Assembly (NCBI GenBank): GCA_963664325.2
Contig: CAXXDQ010000003.1
Span: 992,001 to 1,056,000, forward strand
Length of the DNA: 64,000 nt
Direction: 5' to 3'
From: Desulfomonilia bacterium
Lineage (GTDB): Bacteria > Desulfobacterota > Desulfomonilia > UBA1062
The notes beneath the pieces are model-generated. The model searched no databases. It was not told where the DNA came from and worked only from the letters and a program-made list of their open reading frames with translations. Position 1 is the stretch's first letter. Every line of letters begins with the position of its first letter. The translations under genes were made by a program, and so were the position numbers. Shown one piece after another: positions 1 to 10,513 of the stretch.

Positions 1-252
1 ATCAGGCCGGTTTTCCGGGGGCTTGGCGCAGGAGAAAGGCTTATTGATAGGGTAATCGGGCATGCCCGTGAAACTGGTTCCGGCGAGGTCTCCCTTTTCG
101 TTTTCAGGGACAACCAAAGGGCTATCAGTTTTTATAGAAAACTCGGGTTTAAAGAAATAGAGATACCTGAACTCAAGGATAAAATCCTGAAGGGCTATAA
201 AAGGCCGTTTAATTTCATGAGAATCAGTCTCGACTCTTTTTTACCGTTATGA
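1..252 (+). CDS. GNAT family N-acetyltransferase, 5'-truncated by the window edge
   Basis: Frame 1 reads IRPVFRGLGAGERLI...DNQRAISFYRKLGF...* (stop 250-252), containing GNAT motif A (RxxGxG) and motif B (NxxAxxFYxKLGF); not in the ORF track. Confidence 0.85.
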   Translation: MRPVFRGLGAGERLIDRVIGHARETGSGEVSLFVFRDNQRAISFYRKLGFKEIEIPELKDKILKGYKRPFNFMRISLDSFLPL

Positions 253-390
253 ACCTGTGCGAAATCGGGCGGAAAAATAATTGACATACAAAATTAACCG
301 CCACATATTTCCATCAGGAAAGAAGTCCTGAAAAACCAATAAAGACTCGCGGGACATTCTGCAGTTTCTCCCGCACAGGATGGTGCAGAC

Positions 391-2286
391 ATGAAAAAAG
401 GCCGTCTCCGCAGTATTCTCAAATGGGCCGGTTCGATAATAGCCGGCATAGTCCTTATCCTTGTCGTCATCTATCTGCTCCTGCCGAAAGGGCCGAGGGA
501 GAGCATGGCCTTCGACGATCCGCACCTTAAAGACCGCCCGGCGGTGACGTCGCAGCATTATATGGCGGCAGCCGGGACGCCCTGGGCGACCAGAGCCGCC
601 ATGGATACGATGGCGAACGGCGGCAACGCCGTGGACGCCGCCGTGGCTGCGCTGCTGGCGCTCAACGTCACTTACGGGGAGGCCGCCAGCTTCCCTGGTG
701 TAGCGCCTATACTCATCTATGATGCCGTAAACGGGACGATCGAAAGCTATACCGGAGCTGGAAAGGCCCCGGCCAGGGCTACCATCGAGCTGTTCAAGTC
801 CAAAGGCTGGAAGACTATTCCCAAAATGGATATCTTCTCACAATTGCTTCCGGCCTCTCCTGACGTCATAATCTCCATACTCAGGAAATACGGCACAAAG
901 TCGTTCACCGAGCTGAGCAGACCGGCGATAAAACTGGCGCGGGAAGGCTTCCCCGTGCATGATACGATGCTCAAGAACCTTAACCTCAGCCTTGTCGAAA
1001 GGCTCGGCTTCACCGTGCTGATGCCGTACAATTCAAAGGTGTATCTGGGAGGGCAGTGGTGGCGTCCTCTGCATCACGGTGAAATCTTCAAGCGTCCCGA
1101 GCTGGCGGACACGTTTGAATCGATGGCAAAGGCCGAACAGGATGTGCTGGCCAGGGGCGGCACGCGTGATGCCGGTCTGCAGGCGGTAAGGGACATGTTT
1201 TATAAAGGCGATATCGCCCGGAAGATCGTGGCTTTCCACAAGAAAAAGGGCGGCCTCTTCACCGCGGAAGACCTCGCCGGCTACAGCGGCTACTGGGAGG
1301 CGCCTCTAACCGGCCGCTTCAGGGAATATACCATCTATGCCAACGATACCTGGAACCAGGGCGCGGTAACACCAATCGTGCTGCAGATACTCAACGGGAT
1401 CGACCTGAAAGCCATGGGTCACAATTCGCCTGAATATGTGCACACGGTCCTGCAGGCCATCGAGCTGGCCATGGCGGACCGTGAGGCTTATATGGGCGAC
1501 CCCAAATTCGTGAAAGTTCCCATCAAGGGGCTGCTCGATACTGCCTACGCCGATGAGCGCGGCAGGCTGATGACGCCGGGCCGGGCCTTCGGCAGGATGC
1601 CGCCTCCGGGCGATCCCTGGAAATACCAGGATGGGTCTTCTTCCCGGCCTGCGCCAGTCTTAGCGGCAGAACCAGGGGCAGGCGCTCCCGGCATGCAGGC
1701 TGGCAAGGACACTAGTTATATAACTGTGGTCGATGCGAACGGCAATGCCGTTTCGCTGACGCCCAGCGATTTTCCGCAGACGCCCATGGTGCCGGGCACG
1801 GGTCTGACGCTGGGCAGCCGCATGAACCAGTTCCGGCTCGACCCCGGGAACCCGGACGCACTTGAGCCCGGCAAAAGGCCGCGCATCACCCCCAACGCAG
1901 CCATGGCGACCAAAAACGGAAAGCTTTTCATGAGCTTCGGAACGCCTGGCGGAGATACGCAGACGCAGACCAATGTCCAGGTGTTCCTGAATATAGTCGT
2001 GTTCGGCATGGACCCGCAGGCCGCCATCAACGCGCCGCGCTTCCAGTCCTACAACTTCCCCGACTCCTTCGCCCCGAATGTCTACAAGCCCGGAACGATC
2101 GGGCTTGAGCTCCCGCTCTACCGGAGCATCGGCAAAGAGCTTGAAGCCATGGGCTACAGGGTTCAAGCCGGCGGCAAATGGGACAACAAGTACGGCGCCG
2201 AGAACGTGATCATGAAAGATCCGGTTTCGGGCAACATCATCGGCGGCTCTGACCCCAGGGAAGAGAACTGGGCCGAGGGCCGGTAG
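391..2286 (+). CDS. ggt: Gamma-glutamyltransferase family (Ntn hydrolase) with N-terminal membrane anchor
   Basis: GGNAVDAAVA motif, nucleophile region DTSYITVVD, PGKRP and GTPGG motifs, C-terminal DPR; hydrophobic stretch at residues ~14-31. Confidence 0.9.
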   Translation: MKKGRLRSILKWAGSIIAGIVLILVVIYLLLPKGPRESMAFDDPHLKDRPAVTSQHYMAAAGTPWATRAAMDTMANGGNAVDAAVAALLALNVTYGEAASFPGVAPILIYDAVNGTIESYTGAGKAPARATIELFKSKGWKTIPKMDIFSQLLPASPDVIISILRKYGTKSFTELSRPAIKLAREGFPVHDTMLKNLNLSLVERLGFTVLMPYNSKVYLGGQWWRPLHHGEIFKRPELADTFESMAKAEQDVLARGGTRDAGLQAVRDMFYKGDIARKIVAFHKKKGGLFTAEDLAGYSGYWEAPLTGRFREYTIYANDTWNQGAVTPIVLQILNGIDLKAMGHNSPEYVHTVLQAIELAMADREAYMGDPKFVKVPIKGLLDTAYADERGRLMTPGRAFGRMPPPGDPWKYQDGSSSRPAPVLAAEPGAGAPGMQAGKDTSYITVVDANGNAVSLTPSDFPQTPMVPGTGLTLGSRMNQFRLDPGNPDALEPGKRPRITPNAAMATKNGKLFMSFGTPGGDTQTQTNVQVFLNIVVFGMDPQAAINAPRFQSYNFPDSFAPNVYKPGTIGLELPLYRSIGKELEAMGYRVQAGGKWDNKYGAENVIMKDPVSGNIIGGSDPREENWAEGR

Positions 2287-2598
2287 ATCATTTCAAATGA
2301 TGCCTGCGGCATCCGACTGAAGCATTCTGGTTGGATGTTTTTGCCGGATGACTGCAAACGGTTTTACAGAGGCTGCCTCAGGACAGCCAAGCTTATAATG
2401 AGCCGGATTTGACAGCGGGGTTTACAATTTCATGGACGTAAGGCCTTATCATGTGTCAGACAAAGACATGGATGGCGGGCATTCAGGCCGGCTGTCCTGG
2501 CGCTTTAAAAAAGGCCGCATGGACCGGGATGAAGTGTTTCCCCAGGCGGAAAGCCGGTAAGAAAACAGTACGATTGATTTAACTGAGGGGTTAATCGA

Positions 2599-3315
2599 AT
2601 GAATTTAAATATGATAAAAACAAATATCCTTATGGCTGCTGTATTTCTGATGTTTGCAGCGGGATGCAGCAGTATAACAACGGATGAAGACGGCGGACTG
2701 CTCAGGGTCGATGCAGGCAACGACCAGACGGTCTTTGTCGGCGATACTGTGAATTTTGACGGCACCTGCGCTGTCAAAGGGGGCCTGTTTCAAAGGGAAG
2801 CCAGCTGGGATTTCGGCGACGGGACGGGTGAAGACGGCATGACGGCGATACATGTTTATACGCAGCCGGGCGACTATACTGCGGAGTTTACCGTCAGCGT
2901 CATTTACATCGTAACCATAAAGGTTTCAGACGATATCCATATCACTGTCAATCCCCTGCCGCTGGAGGCATTTCTCCCGGCTGAAGACCAATCTGCCGGA
3001 GATTCGGCTCAGACGGCGCTGAAGAACCAGACGGCGGCTGTTCTTCCGGACGGCAGGGTGGTTCTTGCAGGGACCACGGATGAGCAAGACCCTTCCGAAA
3101 TAGCAGTGGCGGTTGAGACTGCGCCGGGCAGCCGTTTGTTCAAACGCTCGGCCTGCTTCGTTCAGAACGAGACGGACAGTCTGCCGGACAGCATCAAGGT
3201 GCTTGACGATGAAAACGTTGAGATAGGCGCGGGCGGTGTCGGTTTCGATGTCTGCCTCGATGGCGGTAAGGTCATTGCGGCGCGGGGCGGGGCGTCAAAA
3301 CGAAACACGCCGTAA
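2599..3315 (+). CDS. PKD-domain lipoprotein
   Basis: Lipobox FAAGC; PKD signature WDFGDG and HVYTQPGDYT. Confidence 0.8.
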   Translation: MNLNMIKTNILMAAVFLMFAAGCSSITTDEDGGLLRVDAGNDQTVFVGDTVNFDGTCAVKGGLFQREASWDFGDGTGEDGMTAIHVYTQPGDYTAEFTVSVIYIVTIKVSDDIHITVNPLPLEAFLPAEDQSAGDSAQTALKNQTAAVLPDGRVVLAGTTDEQDPSEIAVAVETAPGSRLFKRSACFVQNETDSLPDSIKVLDDENVEIGAGGVGFDVCLDGGKVIAARGGASKRNTP

Positions 3316-3461
3316 AGGTCCTGACGGGTAGCTTTGCGGGCATTGATCCGGGAGCGTGGTTCTGTCTGCATGGAAGACGGTTTCACAAGGCAGAACCCGG
3401 TTTCCTCGATCTGCGGCCGGGTGATGTTAAAAAGCACGCCGGCCGGCCGGAAGACTGAAGG

Positions 3462-5042
3462 CTACTTTTTAAGCCATCCTCGCGGGTTTGAGCCGAGATC
3501 CTTTTCCCATTTCACCATGTCCGATTCCATCCTGCGGCATATTTCGGGGTATTTGGCCGCCTGATTGTAGCACTCGCCTTCGTCCACATCCAGGCTGTAG
3601 AGATTAGGCCAGTCTGCAAAGTGGCCTTTCTTCGCGGTCTTTCCCATGAAGGTGGTCGGCTTGTCCACTGGCTGCGGCCATGTATAGTGGTTGATGTTGC
3701 GGAAGTATTTCCAGTTTTTCTCGCGTATGCCTTCGAGTTCCTCGTAGTGGTAGAAATAAAGCGTGTCGTGGGGAGAATGTTCGTCCTTGCCTGAAACGAG
3801 CCCCTCTATGTTTTTGCCGTCGATGATGCGGTCGGAAGGAAGCGTGAGCCCTGCGGCAGCGGTAAGAGTGGGGAAGAGGTCGATGTTCATGGCAGGCTCT
3901 GTACACACTGTCCCTGCATTTGCATGGCCGGGCCACCTGACGATGAACGGCACTCGGTATCCGCCTTCGTAGCTCTGCCCTTTCCTTCCTCTGAATTCGC
4001 CCGGGCTTCCGTTGTACCAGGGGCCATTGTCGCTGGTGAACATTACGATGGTATTGTCCCCGATGCCGTTCCTTTCGAGGCATTTCATGATCTCTCCAAC
4101 GTTCCAGTCGATTTCTTCCACTGCATCGCCGAATATGCCGACCCTGGATTTGTCCTTGAATTTCTCCGATGCGTACAGGGGCTGGTGCGGGAAGGTATTG
4201 GCCAGATAGAGGAAGAAAGGCCCGTCTTTCGATTTGTTGATAAAGTCTATCGCCTCTTTCGTATACATGCCCGTGAGCCTGGCCTGATTGTCTTTGATGT
4301 CCGGCTCCAGCATGGTCTCGTCGCGGTAAAGCGCGCAGGGCGGCATGTCGTTGCTGTGCGGCACGCCGAAGAAGCTGTCGAAGCCGTGTCGCCTGGGATT
4401 GTACTGCGGATTCACGCTGAAATCTCCCAGGTGCCACTTGCCGACCATGCCGGTGCGGTATCCCGCCACCTTCAGCGCCCCGGCCAGGGTGATCTCGTCT
4501 TCGGGCAGGCCCTTGACCCAGCAGTCCTCCTGGACGTCGACGGCGCCCAGGCTGCCGAACCAGCGGCCGAGCCTCCTTATCGTATTCTGCATGAAAGATT
4601 CATTGGAGGCGGGCATGACGAAAATGAGCCCGGAACGGACCGCATAGCGGCCGGTCAAAAGGCCGTAGCGAGACGGGGTGCATACCGAGCATGACGAATA
4701 GAAGTCGGTGAAGCGTACCCCGTCTTTTGCAAGGCCGTCGATGTTAGGTGTCCTGATAGCCTCGTTGCCGTAGCATCCCAGGTCGCCCCATCCCAGGTCG
4801 TCGCAAAGGATAACGATGATATTAGGTTTTTTACCGGCATACCCGGGGAGTTCAGAGATCACCTGTCCGGGGATGACCCGGCCCCTTTCCGAGGCCGAAT
4901 AGACATCCGCATCGAATACGGCGCCGTGCTCCTTATCGCCCACGATCTTTCTGCAGCCCCAGAGACCCCCGCCCGCGATAGCGGCAGCGGTCAGGGCGCT
5001 CATCCTGACAAATGAACGTCTTGTCATAAGGTCTTTTGCCAT
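3462..5042 (-). CDS. Arylsulfatase-family sulfatase, Tat-exported lipoprotein
   Basis: TRRSF Tat motif then LWGC lipobox; PNIIVILCDDLG; Cys-type formylglycine motif CTPSR; GKWHLG; FTSDNG. Confidence 0.92.
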   Translation of the reverse strand: MAKDLMTRRSFVRMSALTAAAIAGGGLWGCRKIVGDKEHGAVFDADVYSASERGRVIPGQVISELPGYAGKKPNIIVILCDDLGWGDLGCYGNEAIRTPNIDGLAKDGVRFTDFYSSCSVCTPSRYGLLTGRYAVRSGLIFVMPASNESFMQNTIRRLGRWFGSLGAVDVQEDCWVKGLPEDEITLAGALKVAGYRTGMVGKWHLGDFSVNPQYNPRRHGFDSFFGVPHSNDMPPCALYRDETMLEPDIKDNQARLTGMYTKEAIDFINKSKDGPFFLYLANTFPHQPLYASEKFKDKSRVGIFGDAVEEIDWNVGEIMKCLERNGIGDNTIVMFTSDNGPWYNGSPGEFRGRKGQSYEGGYRVPFIVRWPGHANAGTVCTEPAMNIDLFPTLTAAAGLTLPSDRIIDGKNIEGLVSGKDEHSPHDTLYFYHYEELEGIREKNWKYFRNINHYTWPQPVDKPTTFMGKTAKKGHFADWPNLYSLDVDEGECYNQAAKYPEICRRMESDMVKWEKDLGSNPRGWLKK

Positions 5043-5176
5043 AATTGCCTCCTTCCAGCAGGATAATACGTTATCCGCCTATACCCTGGTTATGCCTGAA
5101 ACATGATAAAACACCGATGAGGAAACAGCGTGGATGATGTGTTCATAAACTGCCGGATGCGAGGTTTCTGCCTTGG

Positions 5177-5257
5177 AATATAGGCAATATGAGAACTTCA
5201 TGTCAAGCTGATAAACCCAGGCAAACTGCTTGACATAAAACCTTCAATCTCTATACT
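5177..5257. promoter_or_regulatory. Back-to-back divergent sigma70-type promoters
   Basis: Plus strand TTGACA(5230)-N16-TATACT(5252) toward the kinase gene; minus strand TTGACA(5206)-N18-TATATT(5182) toward the sulfatase. Confidence 0.55.
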
Positions 5258-5279
5258 GCCAACTACAAAAGGAGTATCT

Positions 5280-7946
5280 ATGACAACGAAATATCTGATG
5301 GCAATCGATATTGGAGGAGGCTCCGGACGGTGCCTTCTTCTCGATCCGGAAACCGGAGCTGTAAAGACGGCAAAGCGGAACTGGACGCATCCGGTGGCGC
5401 CGGGCACCAGCGGTCTCGGGTACTCGATGGACACCGGCGATATCCTTGGAAAGCTTGGCGAGGCGTCTTGTGAGGTGCTGGCAAAGGCCGGGGCGGAGCC
5501 GGGCCGGATCGCCGGCATTTCCGTAAGCGGCATGAGGAACACCGTTGTTGTCCTGGACGCCCGGCACGATGTTCTGCTGGCCACGCCCAACCGGGACGCC
5601 AGAGCGCTGGGTGAAGGGTTGATGCTCGGGTTTGAACGGGGAGCGGAGGTTCATGCCATAACCGGCCACTGGCCGACGCCCCTGTTCCTAGGCACACGTC
5701 TCATCTGGATGAAGAACAACGCCCCAGACCTTTTCAAGCGCGCGGCGACCGCCTTGTCCGTCACGGACTGGCTTGCATTCGTTCTTACCGGAAATGCCGC
5801 TTCCGAAAACTCCCAGGCGGGCGAATCGCTCCTCTTTGACATAAAAAAGCGTGAATGGGCATTTGACCTGATCGATTCTCTCGGAATCCCCAGACAGCTT
5901 TTCCCCGCACCTGTGGCCTCGGGCGCGCCTCTCGGCACCCTTACCAGGGAAGCAGCCGGCCTGCTGGGGCTTGTCCCGGGCATACCCGTTGCCGCGGGCG
6001 GGGCAGACACCCAGTGCGGTCTGCTCGGGGCCGGTGCCGTAATGGACTGCGACCTTGCCGTAATAGCGGGTACAACCATGCCTCTGCAGCTGGTGACGGA
6101 TGACCTTGTACTTGATGAATCGGGCAAGCTCTGGAGCGGACTGCATGTTGTCCCGGGGAAATATTTCCTTGAGAGCAACGGTCTTGTCACAGGAGATACG
6201 ATTGACTGGTTCGCTCGCATGCTCTATCCCGATTCGCCGGACCCGTCGCTCAGCCTTTTTGCCGAAGCGGAAAAGTCGCTTCCCGGCGCGGCCGGAATAT
6301 ATTCCACCTTCGGTGCCGCCCTGTTCGACGGAAGGGTGGTGGGCCTTCCCATTGGGAACCTTACCCTTTCCCATATGGTGACGGGCGATCCGTCGCGCGG
6401 CCGCAGGCACATGGTACGCGCCCTTGTCGAAGGGATAGCGTTCTCGGTGCGCGCCAATCTCGAACAGATAACCACGGTCTCGGGCAGAAAGATACCGGCG
6501 GTAAAGCTCGCGGGAGGCATGTCCAGGAGCGGGCTCTTTGCGCAGATCATTTCCGACGTGACCGGATGCGCCGTGGACGTCCCGGCAACAGCAGAGGTCT
6601 CATCCGTGGGCGCGGCCATACTGGCGGGCGTCGGGGCCGGGATATTTGAAAATCCCTCATCCGGCGTGAAGGCCGCAGCCGGGGCCTTCGATGAATGCCG
6701 TCCGGGGAAAGCCGCGGAAAAATATCAGAACCTTTATACCGGCTGGAGGCAGGCCTTCGACAAGCGTGCCGAGACTGATGCGCACATCGGCAATCTCCTT
6801 ACAACCGCCATGCTCGAGGCTTCGCCTGACGCGGGCCGGGCGGCGGACGCATCTTTTTCACCGAAAATATTTATAACCGCATCTCTGGAGAAGAATGCGA
6901 TCGGCGAATTTAAAAATATCGGCGAGGTGTCTTACGCCGGCTGGCGGGAGACCATGAAGCTGTACGACGGAGGAGAGGAGCTTGCCGGAGCGCTTTCCGG
7001 CGTACAGATTCTGATAACGGAAATGGATGTGGTGGACTTTCAGGCCATCCGCGATGCCAAAGACCTCAGGGCGATCGTAACCTGCCGCGGAAATGCCGTG
7101 AACGTTGACATCAAGGCCGCGACCGCCTACGGCATCCCGGTGATGAACACGCCCGGACGTAACGCGGACGCGGTCGCCGACCTGACGGTCGCCTTCATGG
7201 TGATGCTCGCCCGGAAGATGCCCGGGTCTCTGGACTTCCTCAAGCACGGAGACGTGAAATCGGGCGATATGGCCAGGATGGGAGAGGCCTATCTCAAATA
7301 TCAGGGCAGGGAGCTCTGGAGAAAGACTATAGGCCTTGTAGGCATGGGAAGTGTCGGGGCCGGCGTGGCTGCCAGACTGTCCCGTTTCGGTGCCAGGGTT
7401 ATCTTCTGTGATCCGATGGTGACCGAAGGCGCCGGTTCCCTGCTTTCGGCGCAAAAGGTTTGCCTCGAAGAGCTTCTTGCCGAAAGCGATTTCATAAGCA
7501 TTCATGCCCCTGCAATCGAGGCGACCAGAGGGATGATAAACCGCGGGGCTTTCGAGCGGATGAAGACCGGGGCGTATTTTATAAACACCGCAAGGGCGTC
7601 CCTTGTCGATGATGAGGCGCTTCTGTGGGCCCTTACAACAGGGAAGATCGCGGGCGCGGCGCTGGATGTGTTCTCTGCCGAACCCCCCGCATCGGACGAT
7701 GCAATAGTCTCGCACCCTAATGTTCTAGCCACCCCGCACCTGGGAGGAAACACGGAGGAGACCGCTTCTCATCAGGGGGTGATCGCTGTAGACCAGGTCA
7801 GGAAGCTTATGGCCGGGGAGAAACCGGAATACATCCTGAATCCCGGGGTGCTTGAAACCTTCACATGGTCAGGCCCCCGCCCGGAGCCGGACGGGAAGAA
7901 AAAGGACGAGCTTTCTAAAAACAAGCGGCCTACAATCGCGTCATGA
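5280..7946 (+). CDS. Fusion of FGGY carbohydrate kinase (N-terminal ~510 aa) and D-isomer-specific 2-hydroxyacid dehydrogenase (C-terminal)
   Basis: AIDIGGGSGR, GGADTQCG and GGMSRS kinase motifs; GLVGMGSVG, FINTARA, LDVFSAEP and TPHLGG dehydrogenase motifs in one uninterrupted ORF. Confidence 0.9.
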   Translation: MTTKYLMAIDIGGGSGRCLLLDPETGAVKTAKRNWTHPVAPGTSGLGYSMDTGDILGKLGEASCEVLAKAGAEPGRIAGISVSGMRNTVVVLDARHDVLLATPNRDARALGEGLMLGFERGAEVHAITGHWPTPLFLGTRLIWMKNNAPDLFKRAATALSVTDWLAFVLTGNAASENSQAGESLLFDIKKREWAFDLIDSLGIPRQLFPAPVASGAPLGTLTREAAGLLGLVPGIPVAAGGADTQCGLLGAGAVMDCDLAVIAGTTMPLQLVTDDLVLDESGKLWSGLHVVPGKYFLESNGLVTGDTIDWFARMLYPDSPDPSLSLFAEAEKSLPGAAGIYSTFGAALFDGRVVGLPIGNLTLSHMVTGDPSRGRRHMVRALVEGIAFSVRANLEQITTVSGRKIPAVKLAGGMSRSGLFAQIISDVTGCAVDVPATAEVSSVGAAILAGVGAGIFENPSSGVKAAAGAFDECRPGKAAEKYQNLYTGWRQAFDKRAETDAHIGNLLTTAMLEASPDAGRAADASFSPKIFITASLEKNAIGEFKNIGEVSYAGWRETMKLYDGGEELAGALSGVQILITEMDVVDFQAIRDAKDLRAIVTCRGNAVNVDIKAATAYGIPVMNTPGRNADAVADLTVAFMVMLARKMPGSLDFLKHGDVKSGDMARMGEAYLKYQGRELWRKTIGLVGMGSVGAGVAARLSRFGARVIFCDPMVTEGAGSLLSAQKVCLEELLAESDFISIHAPAIEATRGMINRGAFERMKTGAYFINTARASLVDDEALLWALTTGKIAGAALDVFSAEPPASDDAIVSHPNVLATPHLGGNTEETASHQGVIAVDQVRKLMAGEKPEYILNPGVLETFTWSGPRPEPDGKKKDELSKNKRPTIAS

Positions 7947-7990
7947 TTAAAGCCGCAGGCATAAAAGTTTGAAAGGAGAGGAAAGAGTAT

Positions 7991-8674
7991 ATGGGTACAT
8001 ATGACAAATACAAGAATGAAGTGCTTCAGGCGAGCCTCTGGCTGTCGGACAACGGTTATTTCGGTTCTCTGCGAGGCACGGGAGGCAACGTTTCAGTAAG
8101 GATCGACGGCGAGGACCTGATGGCTGTTACCCCGTCTTCGGTGAAATACCACGAGATTGCCACGGAAGACATATGCATATGCAATCTTTCCGGTGCAGTG
8201 GTGGAAGGGGCCCGCGCCCCGTCGGTGGAGGCCGGGATGCATGCCTCTGTCTACCGTGAGCGGCCGGATGCAAATGCAGTCGTGCATACGCATCAGATAT
8301 ACGGCAGCGTATTCGCCCTGCTGAACAAGTCTATCCCTGCGCTTTTCGACGAGGTGGCTTTCACGCTCGGCGAATCGGTCGAGGTCGCTCCCTACGCCAT
8401 CTCCGGCAGCCCCGAACTGGCGGCTAATGTTGCGGGTAAACTCGGCAACAACGCAAATGCGTACATCATCCAGAATCACGGGATAATCACGCTGGGCAAG
8501 AATATGGACAAGGCGCTTCTTGCGGCCGAACTTCTTGAGAAGATCGCCCACATATACTGTCTGGCCCTTTCCACCGGACTGCCGGTAACGATGCTTCCCA
8601 AGGAAATCGGCGATATGGCGAAAGGCATGAGGGAATACGAGGTGGGCGAGGCGAAGAAGAAGGCGGCAAAATAG
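7991..8674 (+). CDS. Class II aldolase/adducin family protein (fuculose-1-phosphate aldolase-like)
   Basis: GGNVSVR, TPSS, PSVEAGMH, VHTH and NHG zinc-ligand motifs. Confidence 0.9.
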   Translation: MGTYDKYKNEVLQASLWLSDNGYFGSLRGTGGNVSVRIDGEDLMAVTPSSVKYHEIATEDICICNLSGAVVEGARAPSVEAGMHASVYRERPDANAVVHTHQIYGSVFALLNKSIPALFDEVAFTLGESVEVAPYAISGSPELAANVAGKLGNNANAYIIQNHGIITLGKNMDKALLAAELLEKIAHIYCLALSTGLPVTMLPKEIGDMAKGMREYEVGEAKKKAAK

Positions 8675-8966
8675 CGGGAGTCCGGGTTTACTTCGCGCCT
8701 TGCTCTGTTGTCATCATCGCTGCGGGTCTTCTCATACAGTAATGCATGCTCCGGCCCGCTCCTCTTTGACGCGCCGTCACGCACAGATGATTCCCCTGGC
8801 CGGAAGAGATTTTCAGTATTCCCTGAGCGTGTCCTGTAACTGAAAACAAGCAATGGGGAACATCAACCGGGATATTCATTTCCGGGAGAATTTCCGGGAG
8901 AAATAATCCGGCTGTTACAGGATCGCATTCTACATTCTTTTCTTTAATGGATCGGGATGAATGCTT

Positions 8967-9587
8967 TTACAAGGGACTTCCCTGAAAGCCCTGGATTGCC
9001 AGGAACCTGACTTCATTTTTGGCCGGGTCAAAGAGGGCGATCGTACCGTTTCCCGCCGCGCCTACCGTGATGATGTAGCGCAGATCCTGACCAAGAACCA
9101 CTGTCCCTGTTGCCGGGATTTGCATCTCATGAGGTATTCCCTCTTTTACCTCGACAACGGACGGAGTGTGCGAATGCCCGCGGAATATAAGCCTGTGCTT
9201 TTCCGGATGAAGGCTGTGTATGAACTCGCCGATGGGCCTTCTCGTGGCAGCAGGCCATTCGAAAGGGGATGAGTGCGTGAAGGTGAGTCCGCCGGATCTG
9301 ATCGTATAGGGAAGAGCTTTCATGTAATCTATGGTTTCTTTCTTTAGCCCTTCGGTCAGGCTGTCGGCAATAACAATATAGTCGTTGTTTCCCAGGACCG
9401 CTGAGACGTTGTTTTCTTTAAGTATGCGCACCGCCCCGTCAAGCGCGCCGGGATCGAGCGAATCGCATATGTCTCCCAGGTGGATTATCTTTACAGCGCC
9501 CAGAGACCTGAGCTTTACAATTGCCTTTTCAAGCAGCCTGTTGTTGCTGTGTGTGTCTGCAAGCAATCCTGTAAGGCTTTTGTTCAT
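8967..9587 (-). CDS. Calcineurin-like metallophosphoesterase
   Basis: DTHSN, LGDICD, GNND and GHSH motifs; ATGA overlap with the upstream ThiF-like gene. Confidence 0.85.
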   Translation of the reverse strand: MNKSLTGLLADTHSNNRLLEKAIVKLRSLGAVKIIHLGDICDSLDPGALDGAVRILKENNVSAVLGNNDYIVIADSLTEGLKKETIDYMKALPYTIRSGGLTFTHSSPFEWPAATRRPIGEFIHSLHPEKHRLIFRGHSHTPSVVEVKEGIPHEMQIPATGTVVLGQDLRYIITVGAAGNGTIALFDPAKNEVRFLAIQGFQGSPL

Positions 9588-10513
9588 GACGGCCTGTCTT
9601 GCCTGATCTTAAGGAATTTAAAAACCTTCCTCCAGAACCAGAATGCCTGGCGGTGGAAGTGCTGGCCGCGGCCGTTGCCGAAAAGCTTCCAGCCTAATTC
9701 CCTGTGATATTTTATGAACAGGCTGAAGCGGCTCAGCCTGACACTGCCTTTGCTTATATACCAGCACCGGGGAGCTTTTACTGGTTCCCATCTGCCGGAT
9801 GCAAGTTTTACGGTCTCCAGCGCAGCCAGACTTGCAGCCAGCCATGAAACCGGACAGATGAGCGCAAGCTGTCTGTTGCCAAGGAAATAATCCCAGTACC
9901 AGCCCACGCGCCAGTCGCCGGATGTTATGAAATTATACTGCGCGCAGCGATAGGCCCTTGTATGCATGACGGTCCTCAGGCCTTTATAGCCGAGCTTAGG
10001 TATGCCGAAGACATCCTCGATGGAAGGTGTTGATTCATCCATGACGCTCACCCAGGCCATGGCCCCTGAAGGCATGCAGAGGACGGCGGGCTTGCCATGC
10101 TTTTTCGCGGCGCGGAAAACAAGGATGCTGTAGGACAGGTCATCGACGGCAGGGATGATGATGTCGGCGGATTGAACCAGGGTCTCGATCCCGGCTTCAT
10201 CAGGGAGGTGCTCCAGGCCTGTTATGCTTATGCCGGGATTGATCGCCCTGAGCGAATCGCGGATCACGCTGATTTTGTTCTTGCCGATAGTGTCCGTACT
10301 GCAAAAAGGCTGGCGGTTTGCATCCTGGCTGGCATAGGTGTCGGCCCCGGCAATCGTGATGTTTTCAAAACCGCTTCTTGCCAGCACGGCCGCGATTGTT
10401 TCGCCGGCGCCGCTGTCGCCCACAATGAGTATCCTGGAATTACGGACTTTTTCCTGTTCGGCCTCCGTGAGGACACCGTAGTTGCGCTTGAACAGTTCTT
10501 TATAATCAGACAT
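9584..10513 (-). CDS. ThiF/E1-like protein with degenerate nucleotide-binding loop
   Basis: Start reassigned to MSDYK (ATG at 10513); paralog of the adjacent gene; GDSGAG and DTYASQDANRQ replace GCGGIG and DxxExSNxNRQ. Confidence 0.8.
   Translation of the reverse strand: MSDYKELFKRNYGVLTEAEQEKVRNSRILIVGDSGAGETIAAVLARSGFENITIAGADTYASQDANRQPFCSTDTIGKNKISVIRDSLRAINPGISITGLEHLPDEAGIETLVQSADIIIPAVDDLSYSILVFRAAKKHGKPAVLCMPSGAMAWVSVMDESTPSIEDVFGIPKLGYKGLRTVMHTRAYRCAQYNFITSGDWRVGWYWDYFLGNRQLALICPVSWLAASLAALETVKLASGRWEPVKAPRCWYISKGSVRLSRFSLFIKYHRELGWKLFGNGRGQHFHRQAFWFWRKVFKFLKIRQDRPS

Noticed and set aside
8832-8922. Inverted repeat TCCTGTAAC/GTTACAGGA around a 12-bp tandem duplication (ATTTCCGGGAGA x2)
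   Set aside because: Too short, with no second copy seen; cannot be called a MITE, attC or CRISPR
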